A stretch of 63,631 nucleotides of DNA, counting the filler, from Octopus bimaculoides (Eukaryota): NCBI RefSeq assembly GCF_001194135.2. It is 4 parts of 4 records of this genome, joined end to end, with 100 filler letters (N's around TTAATTAATTAA, not from the genome) between each part and the next. Parts side by side here need not be neighbours in the genome. Positions count along the whole stretch, not along the records: positions 1 to 26,631 come from NC_068981.1; 3 more parts are not named here. One strand, 5' to 3'. A model generated the notes under the pieces. It ran no database searches, was not told the DNA's origin, and was given only the letters and a program-made list of their open reading frames with translations. Numbering within the stretch: the stretch's first letter is position 1; the number at the start of each line of letters is the position of its first letter. The position numbers and the translations under genes are program-made. This document shows positions 1-11,959 of the stretch, piece after piece.

Positions 1-42
1 TATATATATATATATATAAAGAGAGAGAGAGAGAGAGAGAGA
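1..42. repeat. (TA)n(GA)n compound microsatellite
   Basis: Read directly. Confidence 0.95.
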
Positions 43-946
43 AGAATAAATATTCTAGAAGACAGATGATGGTGCATTGACAGATTTTGGTATTGTATTG
101 GACAAAATGTGTTGGGTCTTTGCACAATCTGAATTCAAATCATACTGCATGAAATCCTTTATTTCTATTCTCCAAGATGAAACGAATAAAGTAGAAATCA
201 CAAACTGAGGTCATTAAGAAATTAAAATAACCTTCCGCAAATATGACGCCATATGCGTATATTATAAAAAAAATTATACCATGGAGTAACTAATTATATC
301 TAAACAGATAATTAAACATTTAATGAAGTATTTAATATTTCAGTCAGTTAAGTTAATTATTAGTAATTCACTAATGAAATTTCATTTGTAGAAATTCTTA
401 ATAATCAGATCTAATATGCGTTTGTAGAGATATTGCAGTTTTTACTAACACTCAAACACTCACACGGTCTCATACACTCGTTTCTCTCTATTTGTCTGTC
501 TGTCTGTCTCTTTCTCAAAATTTATTCGTAGTGATTTGAGTATGATGGCTACGATCACATGGTTTACGATCAATAGAACACGACCTTTCGAGGCTTTAAA
601 GCAGCACTTCTCAACCGCAGCTTCCAGGGCCGCATGCAGCCTTCAAGTATCCTCCCAGCGATCACTGACAGTTTTCCCCACTACAATATAATTAATATAT
701 TATTAATTATATTATGGTGATAGATATATAATTCATTTTTCTTTAATTGACATGTCTTTTACCTTTTTGGGGGCGGTTACCTGAAAAAAACAATCAAGGC
801 TTTGGATTTGGACCGGATATTAAAATGGTTGAGAACCACTTCGTCAATGAGTCCCAGAAAATGTCATTGCGCATGTCTCTTGTCTTCAAAAGATATGACT
901 GTATGTAAAATTTTAGATAACTGCGGCCTACAACTAGAAATACATA

Positions 947-1073
947 CATGGTGTCCACAAAGTCTGGGTACAAGGGGATTAACACTTACTTTATGAAATT
1001 ATTATTTCTTATATTTAATTGTTTATGTTATGATTTTATTTACTCCATATACCCAAACTTTGTGGACACCCTG
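947..1073. mobile_element. Tc1/mariner-type MITE, 127 bp
   Basis: 24-bp TIRs (catggtgtccacaaagtctgggta vs reverse complement cagggtgtccacaaagtttgggta, 2 mismatches); TA at 945-946 and 1074-1075. Confidence 0.85.
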
Positions 1074-1627
1074 TACATTCATTTTATATATTAATATGGA
1101 GGACACTTTCAGTTACAGTATGAATTCTTTCAATGTAAAAATCCACTTTGTGATTTCAATATAGTAAAGACGACAGGGATAATAACAAAAATCGAATGGA
1201 TATATACACAGCAACATTTTTCTTTCATTCATTTAAAGTGATGATTCTCAACCATTTCTCAGCAAAGGGCCGTTAGCTAATTTTACTCGAGTAAACCCTC
1301 ATAATCATTTGTTTAAAAAATCCTGTTATAATCTTTAATTAAATATTAATTGGAATTCTATAAAAAATATTGTTAAAATATTTCGTGTCTTTTATAAAAC
1401 TGGAGGTGATTTAAAAAAGAAAGCATTTTTGGGGGAAAAAAGGAAAGTGCTTCTTATATCCCAACAAACGGCATTTAGTAACTCTTGTAAAATGAAGATA
1501 TAAAAGTAGAAAAATCGTCAACGTAAAAAAGTTTAATTGACAAACCACATCATGTGAATTAAAGAACATATGTGCACATTGAGAGTGTCAATGTGTGCTT
1601 ATCTGTTGACATAATCACTATATAATA

Positions 1628-2501
1628 CAGGGTGTTCGGATTAAATTTGACAGTTTGCATAACAAAAAAAAAAAGGAAAACTTAATAACAAAAGAAAAGT
1701 GCAAGTATTTAAAAAAAATAAAAATATATAACAACTAGATTATGACTGGAAAAATTACCTGACTCAAAGTAGCCGCCTTCCGGAACTTGGCGCATGACTT
1801 CCTCTGTGTCCCTGAAAAAAAAAGCGAACACCTTCATTATGGCCACCAGCTCGGCCTTGATGTTGCAGGCAGAGCAGTGGGTTTCTTTCTCAACCGTGCC
1901 AGAAACATAGTAATCCGTAAAATTAAAATTGAAGTAATTAGGAAGCCAGAGATCGACGCTGGTTAAATCTTAGAAATTCTCCGACAACCACTTCTGATTC
2001 TTTCCAGAGACATGCCGAGGGGCCGAATTCTGCTGCCATATATATATGGGCTTCTAGCAGCAATCATCTTCAACTAGAGTTTGATCACATTTTCCAGCAG
2101 CCTCACATAGCCGTCTGAACTGAGCCAAACACCCTGTTCAAAGATGTGGGGTAGCATGATGTCACCCCCACTGAAGATACACCCAATGATCATTACAATT
2201 TGGAGGAAATTGGTTTTCATGATGTCCATGCAGCGTCTTACAGCCTTTACAGTGTTCACAGAACATCGAGCAGATGTCATGGTGTCGGTATTTTGATACC
2301 CGGTGAGAATCATGACGATATCCGGCACGAATCATCAAGATGCTCTTTTCCAACATTCAGATGGCTTCCGATCCTCCATGTCTGCTAACTTCTTTTTAAC
2401 TACAATTTTACTCTTTATACTCTCCAACGCTGTTCACTAATACACCACACTGATCCTGAAAAAAGGAGTCATAAAATGTCAAAATTCCCCCGAACACTTT
2501 G
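1628..2501 (-). mobile_element. Internally deleted maT-type (DD37D) Tc1/mariner transposon; transposase pseudogene
   Basis: Imperfect TIRs (cagggtgttcggattaaatttgaca / caaagtgttcgggggaattttgaca) with TA flanks. Minus strand translates MKTNFLQIVMIIGCIFSGGDIMLPHIFEQG...WQQNSAPRH...LWLPNYFNFNFTDYYVSG, with 37 residues between the second catalytic position (now N, 2027-2029) and the third D (1913-1915); contains stops. Confidence 0.85.
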
Positions 2502-3112
2502 TATATATTTTACTTCTGTTGTAACAGAATTATATTATTTAAGGACTTCGATGACCTATAAGAGGAAAAAATTCAATAATTGAAATCGAGCATGTCTTCA
2601 CAGTTGGCATACCTTCATAAGACAGATTGTGCAATATCACTTAAGAGATCAGAGTTTTCCAAGTCTGATAACAACCTGTAGTGCTTGTCGATATTTGAGT
2701 GCATATTTGACAGTGTATATGTAAAAAAAAAAAAATACACACACACACACACACACANNNNNNNNNNNNNNNNNNNNNNNNNNNNNNNNNNNNNNNNNNN
2801 NNNNNNNNNNNNNNNNNNNNNNNNNNNNNNNNNNNNNNNNNNNNNNNNNNNNNNNNNNNNNNNNNNNNNNNNNNNNNNNNNNNNNNNNNNNNNNNNNNNN
2901 NNNNNNNNNNNNNNNNNNNNNNNNNNNNNNNNNNNNNNNNNNNNNNNNNNNNNNNNNNNNNNNNNNNNNNNNNNNNNNNNNNNNNNNNNNNNNNNNNNNN
3001 NNNNNNNNNNNNNNNNNNNNNNNNNNNNNNNNNNNNNNNNNNNNNNNNNNNNNNNNNNNNNNNNNNNNNNNNNNNNNNNNNNNNNNNNNNNNNNNNNNNN
3101 NNNNNNNNNNNN

Positions 3113-3152
<40 letters not shown>

Positions 3153-3721
3153 ATCTGTGTATATGTGTGTGTATGTTTGACTATATATGTGCACACACAC
3201 ACATACAAACACACATATATGTATGTGGGTGTATATGTATGTGAATATATGCATATGTATATACGTATGTATGTAGAAAACGAGAAAGAGATGAGTGTGC
3301 TATACGTGGTTTCATGGAAGCGCAGGTATATGTGTATGTGTATCTGTGTGTGAGTGTCTGTGTGTAAGGTAAGATATTTGTAAAAGTTCAACTTGTCTCG
3401 GCCGTTAAGTGGATGAAATCTTTTTTTCATTGAGCCAAATCTTTTGCTGTACATCTAGTCGTTGTTCATGTTTAATGCTGGGTCCACTTTCATATGAGCA
3501 AACATATGATAAAATGCATCCAAATCGTTGCGATCCAATTTTTCTAAAAGCATCGTAGATCTAGATTCACATTATTCGATTAGTTTTTCGTTTTCATAAG
3601 ATATTAGGGTGGAATTTGTGGTTAAATTTAACTCCTGTTTTTCGACTTTCTTCTTTACTTCAACGTTAATATGACATTAATATATATGATTGAGGAAAGA
3701 TCATAAGTACAGCATAGGTAG

Positions 3722-4395
3722 TTTAGTTAACTCAGATATATCTCGGCCAAAGATTGGTCCAGACTATGTCTAACTTAATATGTGTTAGGATCAGTTAAGT
3801 TATTTTAAAGTCAATTTATGTGATATCATGGCCCATTCATGTAGGGAGTTCTTGGTGACTGAGATGTATCCAGGTATAGCTGGCTTATCTAGTATCCGTT
3901 GAAGAAATTTGACCAGGTTTCGCTTGAAGGTGATGGGATCGCTTTTGTCTTTAATTCTTTGGGGATAATTTTTTATAGAGCAGCGCCTGTTGAGGAAAAG
4001 AAATTGTATAACAATGAATTTATATGTTGTGAGCCTGAATCGTGTAGGGAGCGTATGGCACGTGACCCCAGCCTTGGCTGAATTCTGAATTTGATGTTAA
4101 GATCGTTTGGGCAATGATGGTGGCATATTCTCCACATTATACTTCTGCCGTAGCGCTCACAGAGGCGCTGAAGCGAATAAAGTTTGAATGTTTTAAGGCA
4201 ATTCCATTAATCCTTAGTGATTACTATCTGGGATGACTCCATTCTTGCAATACCATGTTTGTTGTGGCGAGACCATAAGGGGCAGCGGTATTCTAGGTGC
4301 AACCATACAAAAGAAGAAGAAAGGGGAATGATGACATGTTGCTCTCTGGATCGGAAAGTTCTGAGGATCCAGGAACTAATCCTGTTTGCCATCCT
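3722..4395 (-). mobile_element. CR1-like LINE 3' fragment (end of ORF2 plus 3' UTR)
   Basis: Translates SWILRTFRSR...LEYRCPLWS...LYSLQRLCERY...KPAIPGY; homologous to 56580-57290, including the 3' tail. Confidence 0.85.
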
Positions 4396-4600
4396 TACTT
4401 TAGTAATATATGTATTATAATTGGCTTTTGAAAAGATCGATGGTTAATGAGATGTTGATAATTAAATATAATTAGTTAACTGATTGTTACATATAAAACA
4501 TAATATTTGGTGAATAAGGATATGTTTAAAATACAAAGGATCTGAAATATATTAGTTCAAAGTTTTGACGGAGCATCATATTATGCAATGACAAATATAA

Positions 4601-4800
4601 TTATTTCTAGTCTTGGCACAAAATTAGGGGAAGGAGAAATCTATGTACATCGATCCCAATGCTCAGTAAGTATTTTCTATTCTCGAGCTTCAAAGGACAA
4701 CAGGAAAAGTGGGCCTCTGCGGTATTTGAACTTAGAACGTTAGGAAGAAATGTCGCTAAGCAGTTTGTCGGTCATGGTGACGATTCTACCAGATCACTGT
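4601..4800 (-). mobile_element. SINE family A (tRNA-derived), degraded
   Basis: Reverse-strand similarity to the A copy at 23701-23920. Confidence 0.65.
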
Positions 4801-4820
4801 CTTTCTACAGTCACTAATAT

Positions 4821-4970
4821 AATAGGTTCTGAGTTCAAATTCTGTCGAGGTCGACTTTGCCTTTCATCCTTTCTGGGTCGATAAATTAAGTACCAGTTGC
4901 GTATTGGAGTCAATATAATCATCTGGCCCCCTCCCCCAAAATTTTGGGCCTTGTGCCTAGACTAGAAAAT
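4821..4970 (+). mobile_element. SINE family A, 5'-truncated
   Basis: gagttcaaattctgtcgaggtcgactttgcctttcatcc...gtgcctagactagaaaa; flanked by an 18-bp direct repeat. Confidence 0.85.
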
Positions 4971-5194
4971 AATATAATAGGTTCTGAACTAAATGCAAGC
5001 CACTAAAGTAAACCCCAGTTGTAAACTGGTATTTATGTTACTGACCCGGAAAAATGACTGGCAATTTTCATCTTAAACTGAGAATATAAATAGGAATAAG
5101 TAAATACTGTTGGAAATTTCGCGTGGTGCTATATCGATTCTGTGAAACCAGCAATCTTAAGCACAAATGCACTTTCTAAACGAGTCAATAAAAG

Positions 5195-5685
5195 AAACCT
5201 AAATATAGCAGCTAAATCTCAACAAATCATATCTCACTATCATATGAAATTGTTGACACTGAACTGGATCATGTACACATAGATACGCAAAAGGATGAAA
5301 TGCCGCGGCTGGAATGCGTTTGATGATATTTCTACTAGATCATAGTTGACGTAGTGGAGGCGCAATTGCCCAGTGGTTAGGGCAGCGGACTCGCAGTCGG
5401 AAGATCGCGGTTTCGATTCCCAGACCGGGCGTTGTGAGTGTTTATTGAGCGAAAACACCTAAAGCTCCATGAGGCTCCGGCAGGGTGGTGGTGGCGACCC
5501 CTGTTGTACTCTCTCGCCCCAACTTTCTCTCACTCTGTTTCTTGAGTAACGCTGCGATGGACTGGCGTCCCGTCAAGCTGGGGAACACATACACCATAGA
5601 AACTGGGAAACCGGGCCTATGAGCCTAGTTAGGCTTTGAAAGGGCCCATAAAAAAAATATATAGTCGACGTAAGGTTAAATAATG
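5195..5685 (+). mobile_element. Dispersed repeat family D, interrupted by a SINE B insertion (5354-5660)
   Basis: aaatatagcagctaaatctc...ggctggaatgcgtttgatga...; resumes after the SINE B copy as aggttaaataat, matching the D tail ggggctaaacaac. Confidence 0.65.
5354..5660 (+). mobile_element. SINE family B (tRNA-derived), full length, with TSD
   Basis: A box (tgcccagtgg), B box (gtttcgattcc), A-rich end; 12-bp TSD atagt(t/c)gacgta at 5342-5353 and 5661-5672. Confidence 0.9.
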
Positions 5686-5689
5686 GTTT

Positions 5690-5880
5690 TTAATTTTGGC
5701 ACAATTCCAGCAATTTTAATGGAGGGAAAAGTTAATTTGATAGACCCCGAGCATACAACTGGCACTTATATCGATTCCGAAAGAATATATGACGAAGTTG
5801 ACATGAGCGGAATTTGAACTCAGAAAATGCCTCTAAGCATATTGTTCAAGACCACAATGATTCTGCTGGCGCGCCACCTT
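5690..5880 (-). mobile_element. SINE family A, degraded
   Basis: Reverse strand reads aaggtggcgcgccagcagaatc...ctgagttcaaattccgc. Confidence 0.7.
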
Positions 5881-7202
5881 TCGTAGGCTTAAATAACAAT
5901 TACATGAATATATCCTGAATTAAAATTTATTGTATATTTATATTTTTCAAGCCACAAGCTACGTTGCATTTGCTGGATATAAATGAAATAAACAGCCATA
6001 CGTAAACCAGTTTTGTTAATAAAAGTGACTAAATCTAGGATTGATCCCGAATCTACGCATTTCAATCCATACTTTCATGTCTATTGTTTCAAATGTCATT
6101 TGATAAATTAGTCATGTCTATGGTATATATTTCACAGACTGCTTTGTAGACAGCTAAATAATAACAACGTTAAGAAAACAGTGTTAGAAAGTTGTAGAGA
6201 ATAGCAGCTGTCCAGTAAAATAAATGTGATTTATCTTTGTGCAGTGGTGCATAGAATTATCTCACCAAGTGTAACACTATGCATCACTCAAGACGTAATA
6301 TTATTTCAATTCCAAGAACATAGACAGAGTACATCCAAGACGGGTTATCTATGTAGAACGTGGCATTAAATTGGTGAATATTTGGTAGGACTTTGACTAA
6401 TTTAAAGTTCGAAGCATGAATTCTTTGAAGAAGAAAAACGGCAGACGATCTCATTTCTGAAACACATGATGCAACTGAAAATATTACGGCTAACACGACA
6501 GTGGTAACATTTCGAAACAATATTCAATAGGGCAACCTGTTTATTCTTCAAAGCCATTTTACAAACGACACATTAACGAAACAACTTCAAAACGAGAAGC
6601 TAAAATGTTGTCTCATAAAATCTGTGCGTTTGTTCGTCTGCCACTCTCCTATCTTTCTCTTTCACACGCCCTCACCTACCGATACCCACACAGATATGCA
6701 TACAAATATTTTCATGTATAGAACACATATACAAATGGACATATTAATATTAAATATTGACACGCACTCAGCCGCACCCACATTCAAGCATATACAAACT
6801 GTAATATATCAACATGTACATGTGTATATACGTATATATATACATATATATAGCATAAATGTATTATATATATATATATCTAGAGTAAATATATGCATAT
6901 ATCCATATATATATGCACACGCACTCACATACACACATAAAACACCTTAGCTTGATTCATTTTTGAAAGTGAAATAATTCATATATTCATGCTCTCTACG
7001 ATTAGGAAACATAATTTTGCTCGTTCATTAATTTTCATATGAACATCAATGTAATGGTTTATTATGGAAGTTGTTTGATATAGACGATTGTATCAGCTTT
7101 GTGAGCGGATAGAGTGAAGTAGTGCTTTCTCATATTTCCATGTGAAATTTGCTAAATATGAGTCACATATTTCCTCCGTATCACAACTAATATAGTATAC
7201 TA

Positions 7203-7335
7203 GATGGTTTAACGGCAGAGTCCACAGGTCGTTCGATATAATGCCTTGTTATATATGTTTATATTGTGAGTTCAAATCAGGCTGAGGTCAACGTTACCTT
7301 TCATTTCCTCGGAGTTTATAAAATAATTAGCATTC
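7203..7335 (+). mobile_element. SINE family A, degraded fragment
   Basis: gtgagttcaaatcaggctgaggtcaacgttacctttcat. Confidence 0.6.
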
Positions 7336-7903
7336 TTGGGCAGGATGGATATAAACGACTTTGTGGCCTCTGTTTGTATTTGTAATACAAATTACTATTT
7401 AGTGATAGTAGGAGATCACACTTTCATTTAAGAGATTACAAGCCTGGTAAGATCTGCATCAGGAAAGGGCGACCTCTTGCGAGAATCGGGCCGTATGAGA
7501 CTTGGCTTATCATCAGACGGGCCCCAGTTTGTCAGTTACTCGTCTAAAATGGTTGATCCTATCTGCAGCTCATATACACGTATGCACAACAGGAGTTCTA
7601 CAGAGAAAAGTTTCAGAAGGCTGTATTCTAAGAGACGAGGATTTTACGGCGTTTTAGTGTTGTTGTTGTTGTTCAGAACAATGTCTGGCTTTTCAATTTA
7701 CGGTTCTTTTCGTTATTGGTACGGAGGCTTAGACTTTTTGCTCATTCCTGTGATTTCAACTAATGCGAGAAACTGGCCCTATGCTCAACAAGGGGTTAAA
7801 AGGAACATTATGGTATGTTTTTTACGCATGCTGTGTCACTAAATATTATTGCAAACTATAACATCGTTCTATATATTTTTATTTGTGTGTATATATATAT
7901 ATA

Positions 7904-8832
7904 TTAGGTAATCCGTTAGACAATGCGGTTTTTTCAATTGCATAAGCTAAAAGTTGGAGGTGGACGGGAAGAACTACCTGAATCAAGTTGGTATAAAAGC
8001 ATGTAATAATTTTACCTTGTCCTTATTGTGCAAGTTTTGAAGAGTGCAGTTCAATATTAACAGTTATTTTTCAAAACTATAATGGAAATAACAAAAGAGC
8101 ATATTCGGCATATTTTGCTTTATGAGTTCAAGAAAAGTAACAACGCAACGGAAAGTGCGAGGAATATTAATGCAGTTTATGGGGATCGGACAATAAGCGT
8201 AAGCCAGTGTCAACGGTAGTTCCGGCAATTCCGAGCCGGAAACTATAGCCTTGAAGATGAGCCTTGTCCTGGAGATCTGTAGAGCTTGATGAGGACGTCC
8301 TGCAATCTCTGGTGGATCAAAATTCCATCGTAACTGTTGAGGAACTAGCAGAGAAGCTTGGATTTGATCCTTCAACCATTCATCGACACTTGCATGCCAT
8401 CGGAAAAGGGCCATCTTTAGTTTCAAGACGAAAAGTGTTCTTCCATCAAGATAATGCTCAGCCACATATGACGAGGATGACATTCCAAAGGCTGGAGTAG
8501 TTTGAATAGGAAACGATGCCCCACCCACTACATTCGCCGGACATTGACCCATCTGATTATCATTTATATTCTGCAGTCTTCAAAATCATTTGGGAGAAAA
8601 AAATATGAATTCTGTAGACGAGGTCTGAACAGTACTGGAGGAATATTTTTTCGTCACGAACAAGTGAATTTTAGAAAATGGGCTTTGCAAGTCTACTAAA
8701 TAGATGTAAGAGCATTGTAGAAAATGAAGGAGAGTATATTTTAGATAAAATTTAAAAAAAGAACTTTGTTGATGTTAATTTTGAAAAATAAAAGAAGTAT
8801 AAAAAACACGCATTATTTATGGGATGACCCAT
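7904..8832 (+). mobile_element. Internally deleted mariner (DD34D) transposon; transposase pseudogene about 8082-8757
   Basis: TIRs (ttaggtaatccgttagacaatgcggtttttt / atgggtcatcccataaataatgcgtgtttttt) with TA flanks. Translates MEITKEHIRHILLYEF (HTH region) and HQDNAQPH...HSPDIDPSDYHL with exactly 34 residues between the Ds; stops and a frameshift. Confidence 0.92.
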
Positions 8833-9520
8833 TATATACATATAAGATGTTTAGCAGTGGAGCTTAAGGCAGCAAAAAGAGACGAGGCCCGGAAGGCGTT
8901 CTAATTTTTGCGTTAATAAGTACTTATAAATGTGTTTAAATACAAATGAGGTTGTATGTACGTATGTGTGCGTCGTCGCATGCGTGGTTGCGTAGAAAGT
9001 TTCCTTTCTTGCGTTCTCTAGTCTAATCCGCCACAAAGTTTCCCCTTTCATTCTACATTCAATGCGATGAAATATATTTTATCTAATCACCCAAAGAAAA
9101 AGAAAAAAAATATGTTAATCAAAAATAATTATTTTGGGATTCGTCTTCTGTACTTGCGAAAATAATTAAATTAATTTATTAGTCATGATTGTAATGTTTT
9201 GTTGTTTTCTTTTATTCTCATTGCCTGATTATTTCTGAGTAACACTTTAATATTCACTACATTATGTATCAAACTTTTGCATACGCAAGTAGATTTTAGC
9301 GGGCGCGGGTTCGTTCAAGTATGTCCCTAGAAATCGCAGAAACGGAAAGCCACTTACGAGTTGTTGTGTGTGAATGGTTTGCCAACTGGCAGAAACATTC
9401 GTTATTCTTTGTCGTAAACATAACACCATGAGACTCCCACCGGTGCATCTTCCGTGGGTATAATCAATCCATCTCTCCTGTTGTGGATACTTGCAGATAA
9501 GACTCATTTAATATCCCAGT

Positions 9521-9918
9521 TTATTCTTTTACTTATTTCAGTCATTTGACTGTGGCCATGCTGGGGCACCACCTTTAGTGGAGCAAATCGACCCCAGGAC
9601 ATATTCTTTGTATGCCTAGTACTTATTCTATCAGTTCCTTTTGCCGAACTGCTAAGTTACGGGGAAGTAAACACACCAGCATCAGTTGTCAAGCGATATT
9701 GAGGAGACAAACACAGACACACAAACATATACTCACACGTACATATATATACACACATATATACAACGGGCTTCTTTCAGTTTCCGTGTACCAAATCCAC
9801 TCAGAAGGCTTTGGTCGGCCCGAGGCTATAGCAGAAGACACTTGCCCAAGGTGCAACACAGTGGGACTGAACCCGGAACCATGTGGTTGGTAAGCAAGCT
9901 ACTTACCACACAGCCACG
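9521..9918 (-). mobile_element. SINE family C (tRNA head, internal microsatellite), full length
   Basis: Head gtggctgtgtggtaagtagcttgc...ggttcagtccc; tail gcatggccacagtcaaatgactgaaataagtaaaag. Confidence 0.9.
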
Positions 9919-10750
9919 TTAGCGTTTCGTATTGTACGTTTATTTATTCATTCCCTCATCACTACTTTGACAAATGCTGTTAAATCTATGTTTTCCTGAT
10001 AAGTTCCAATAACATAGAAACATGTACACAATTTTCTCCAGCTCTTGCAGAAATTGAAATAAGTTATTGAACTAATATCAGTTCCCACACCGTTGAACTA
10101 ACGTCATTTCCTTAATTTGTGATTGACGTTTTGATGTCCTTTACACTAAATATGTTAACACTAACTATCTTGGACAAAATGTTTAATTAAAACTTCTCTG
10201 CCAGAAATGTTATTGAAACAAATATTCTCATTCTACAGAAATTGGAATTTTCTGAATCTTTTGCCAATATTCAATTTGTTTGTGTTAAATCCACTAAATC
10301 GATAATCTCTTATCAGCTGTAAGTCATGGCTCATGACTTCACTAGAAAATATTGAAACCAACCCATGTATCTCTTTAATTTTCTTCAATCAAAATTTGGT
10401 TTGCCTAAAATTGATATTTTGTTTTTTTACATTTTTTTTCATATAATCTCAAAACAAAATGTAATCTACTTCGCTCTTGCATACCAGCCAGCTAATCCGT
10501 TTCTCTTCATCTTCATAATTCAACCACGACAGTCCCAATATCCACTACAGTAAAACATGTGACTTGTCTATGAGGAAACCAATGAACCGTTTTGTAATTT
10601 TCGCAGTCTCAAACTATCTTCTTTTCTAAATGACAAACTGTCTCTCCTGTCTGGTTTGTAGTAAATACCTGCCAAATCTATGTAACTCTACTTTCTGTTA
10701 CATCTCATAGAAATTCGCTCTTCATAAAGTCGTGATTTCCATACGATCAC

Positions 10751-11160
10751 TGGCGTGGGTATGTGGTACGAAGCTTGCTTCCCAGTAACATGGGCCCGGT
10801 TTCCGTCCCACTGCGTGGTACTCTGGGCAAGTGTTTTCTACTATAGACTCGGGCCGGCCAAAGCCTTGTGATTGAATTAGGTAGACGGAAACTGAAGAAA
10901 CCGTCGTGTGTTCGGACACATATATGTGTGTGTGTAAGTGTGCATGTGTGTGGTGTGTGTACGTGTTTGTCTCCTGCCACAGCTTCAAAACTGATGTAGG
11001 TGTGTTTACGTCCCCGAAACTTAGCGGCCCGGCAAAAGAACCGATAGTATAAGTACCAAGCTTTAAAAAAACAAGTACGTACAGGTGTTCACGCATTCCA
11101 CTAGAAGATATTCACGGCAGCATGGCAGCAGTCTAATGATTGAAACAAGTAAAAGATAAA
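10751..11160 (+). mobile_element. SINE family C, full length, diverged
   Basis: Same head, body and tail as 9521-9918. Confidence 0.85.
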
Positions 11161-11959
11161 ACAAGTATAAGATAAGAGTTCCCATACTTATTTTAAATTT
11201 TACTCCCAATTCTTCTACGCAAGCCAACAAAGAAACTTTCAGCGAGACCGCAAACTCAAACATCTTACCTACTTAATAATTTTTTACCTTATGGTAATGT
11301 CTTTTACGCATGCTGTGATATTATTGATACTATCGTAAACAATAATATCCTTATATATATTTTTATAATTTATTTTTCACTTGAATCACCTTTTTAAATT
11401 TGCTGCGTATTTTTTGTTGGGTGTCATAAGAAATAAAACGGACACACAGACACAATTCTTGTCAAAATTAACAGACAACACATCTTAAATAATTCAAATG
11501 TACGTGAAAAAATGCGAAGGAACGTAGAATAGAATTCTAAGAAATCAAAACGTGAGCAATAAGAAAATATAAAAACCTACTTCTTTTGTAAAAGTCACAT
11601 GCATGACTTATATCATGATCAATGAAATGCCGTATAGAATCTATTTTCTATATGAAAGTTATTAAAAGATTTTATGAAGATCAAATGCGACTGCCCAAAG
11701 GAGTTAAGAGATTGGAGAAAGTACAAGAAAGCTTCCAAATAAGAATGATAATATTAACAATTGGTGATAAAGGGAAAAAGCTATTCATGTCATCCATTCA
11801 GTGGAAGAGGCCTTGAAATCAAATATATCGAAGACTGTCAGTAATAGTTCAATAATTCAGATTGGCGTTTTAAAAATGATTTCTTTTGAAATAAAATAAA
11901 ATACTACTTACTTAAATTTAGTGGACATCTGAAGAAATGACGATAATATGTTTGTGGTT

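Noticed and set aside
5354-5425. tRNA-like sequences at the heads of families A, B and C
   Set aside because: They continue into SINE bodies and lack a complete cloverleaf acceptor stem; not tRNA genes.
7678-7812. Plus-strand exon-like stretch (TMSGFSIYGSFRYWYGG...RNIM|gtatgt)
   Set aside because: Acceptor lies in a (GTT)n repeat, the donor belongs to a locally repeated motif, and the peptide is not recognised; too weak to list as a CDS.
11580-11900. Purine-rich stretch that looked like a decayed transposase
   Set aside because: No recognisable catalytic motif in any frame.
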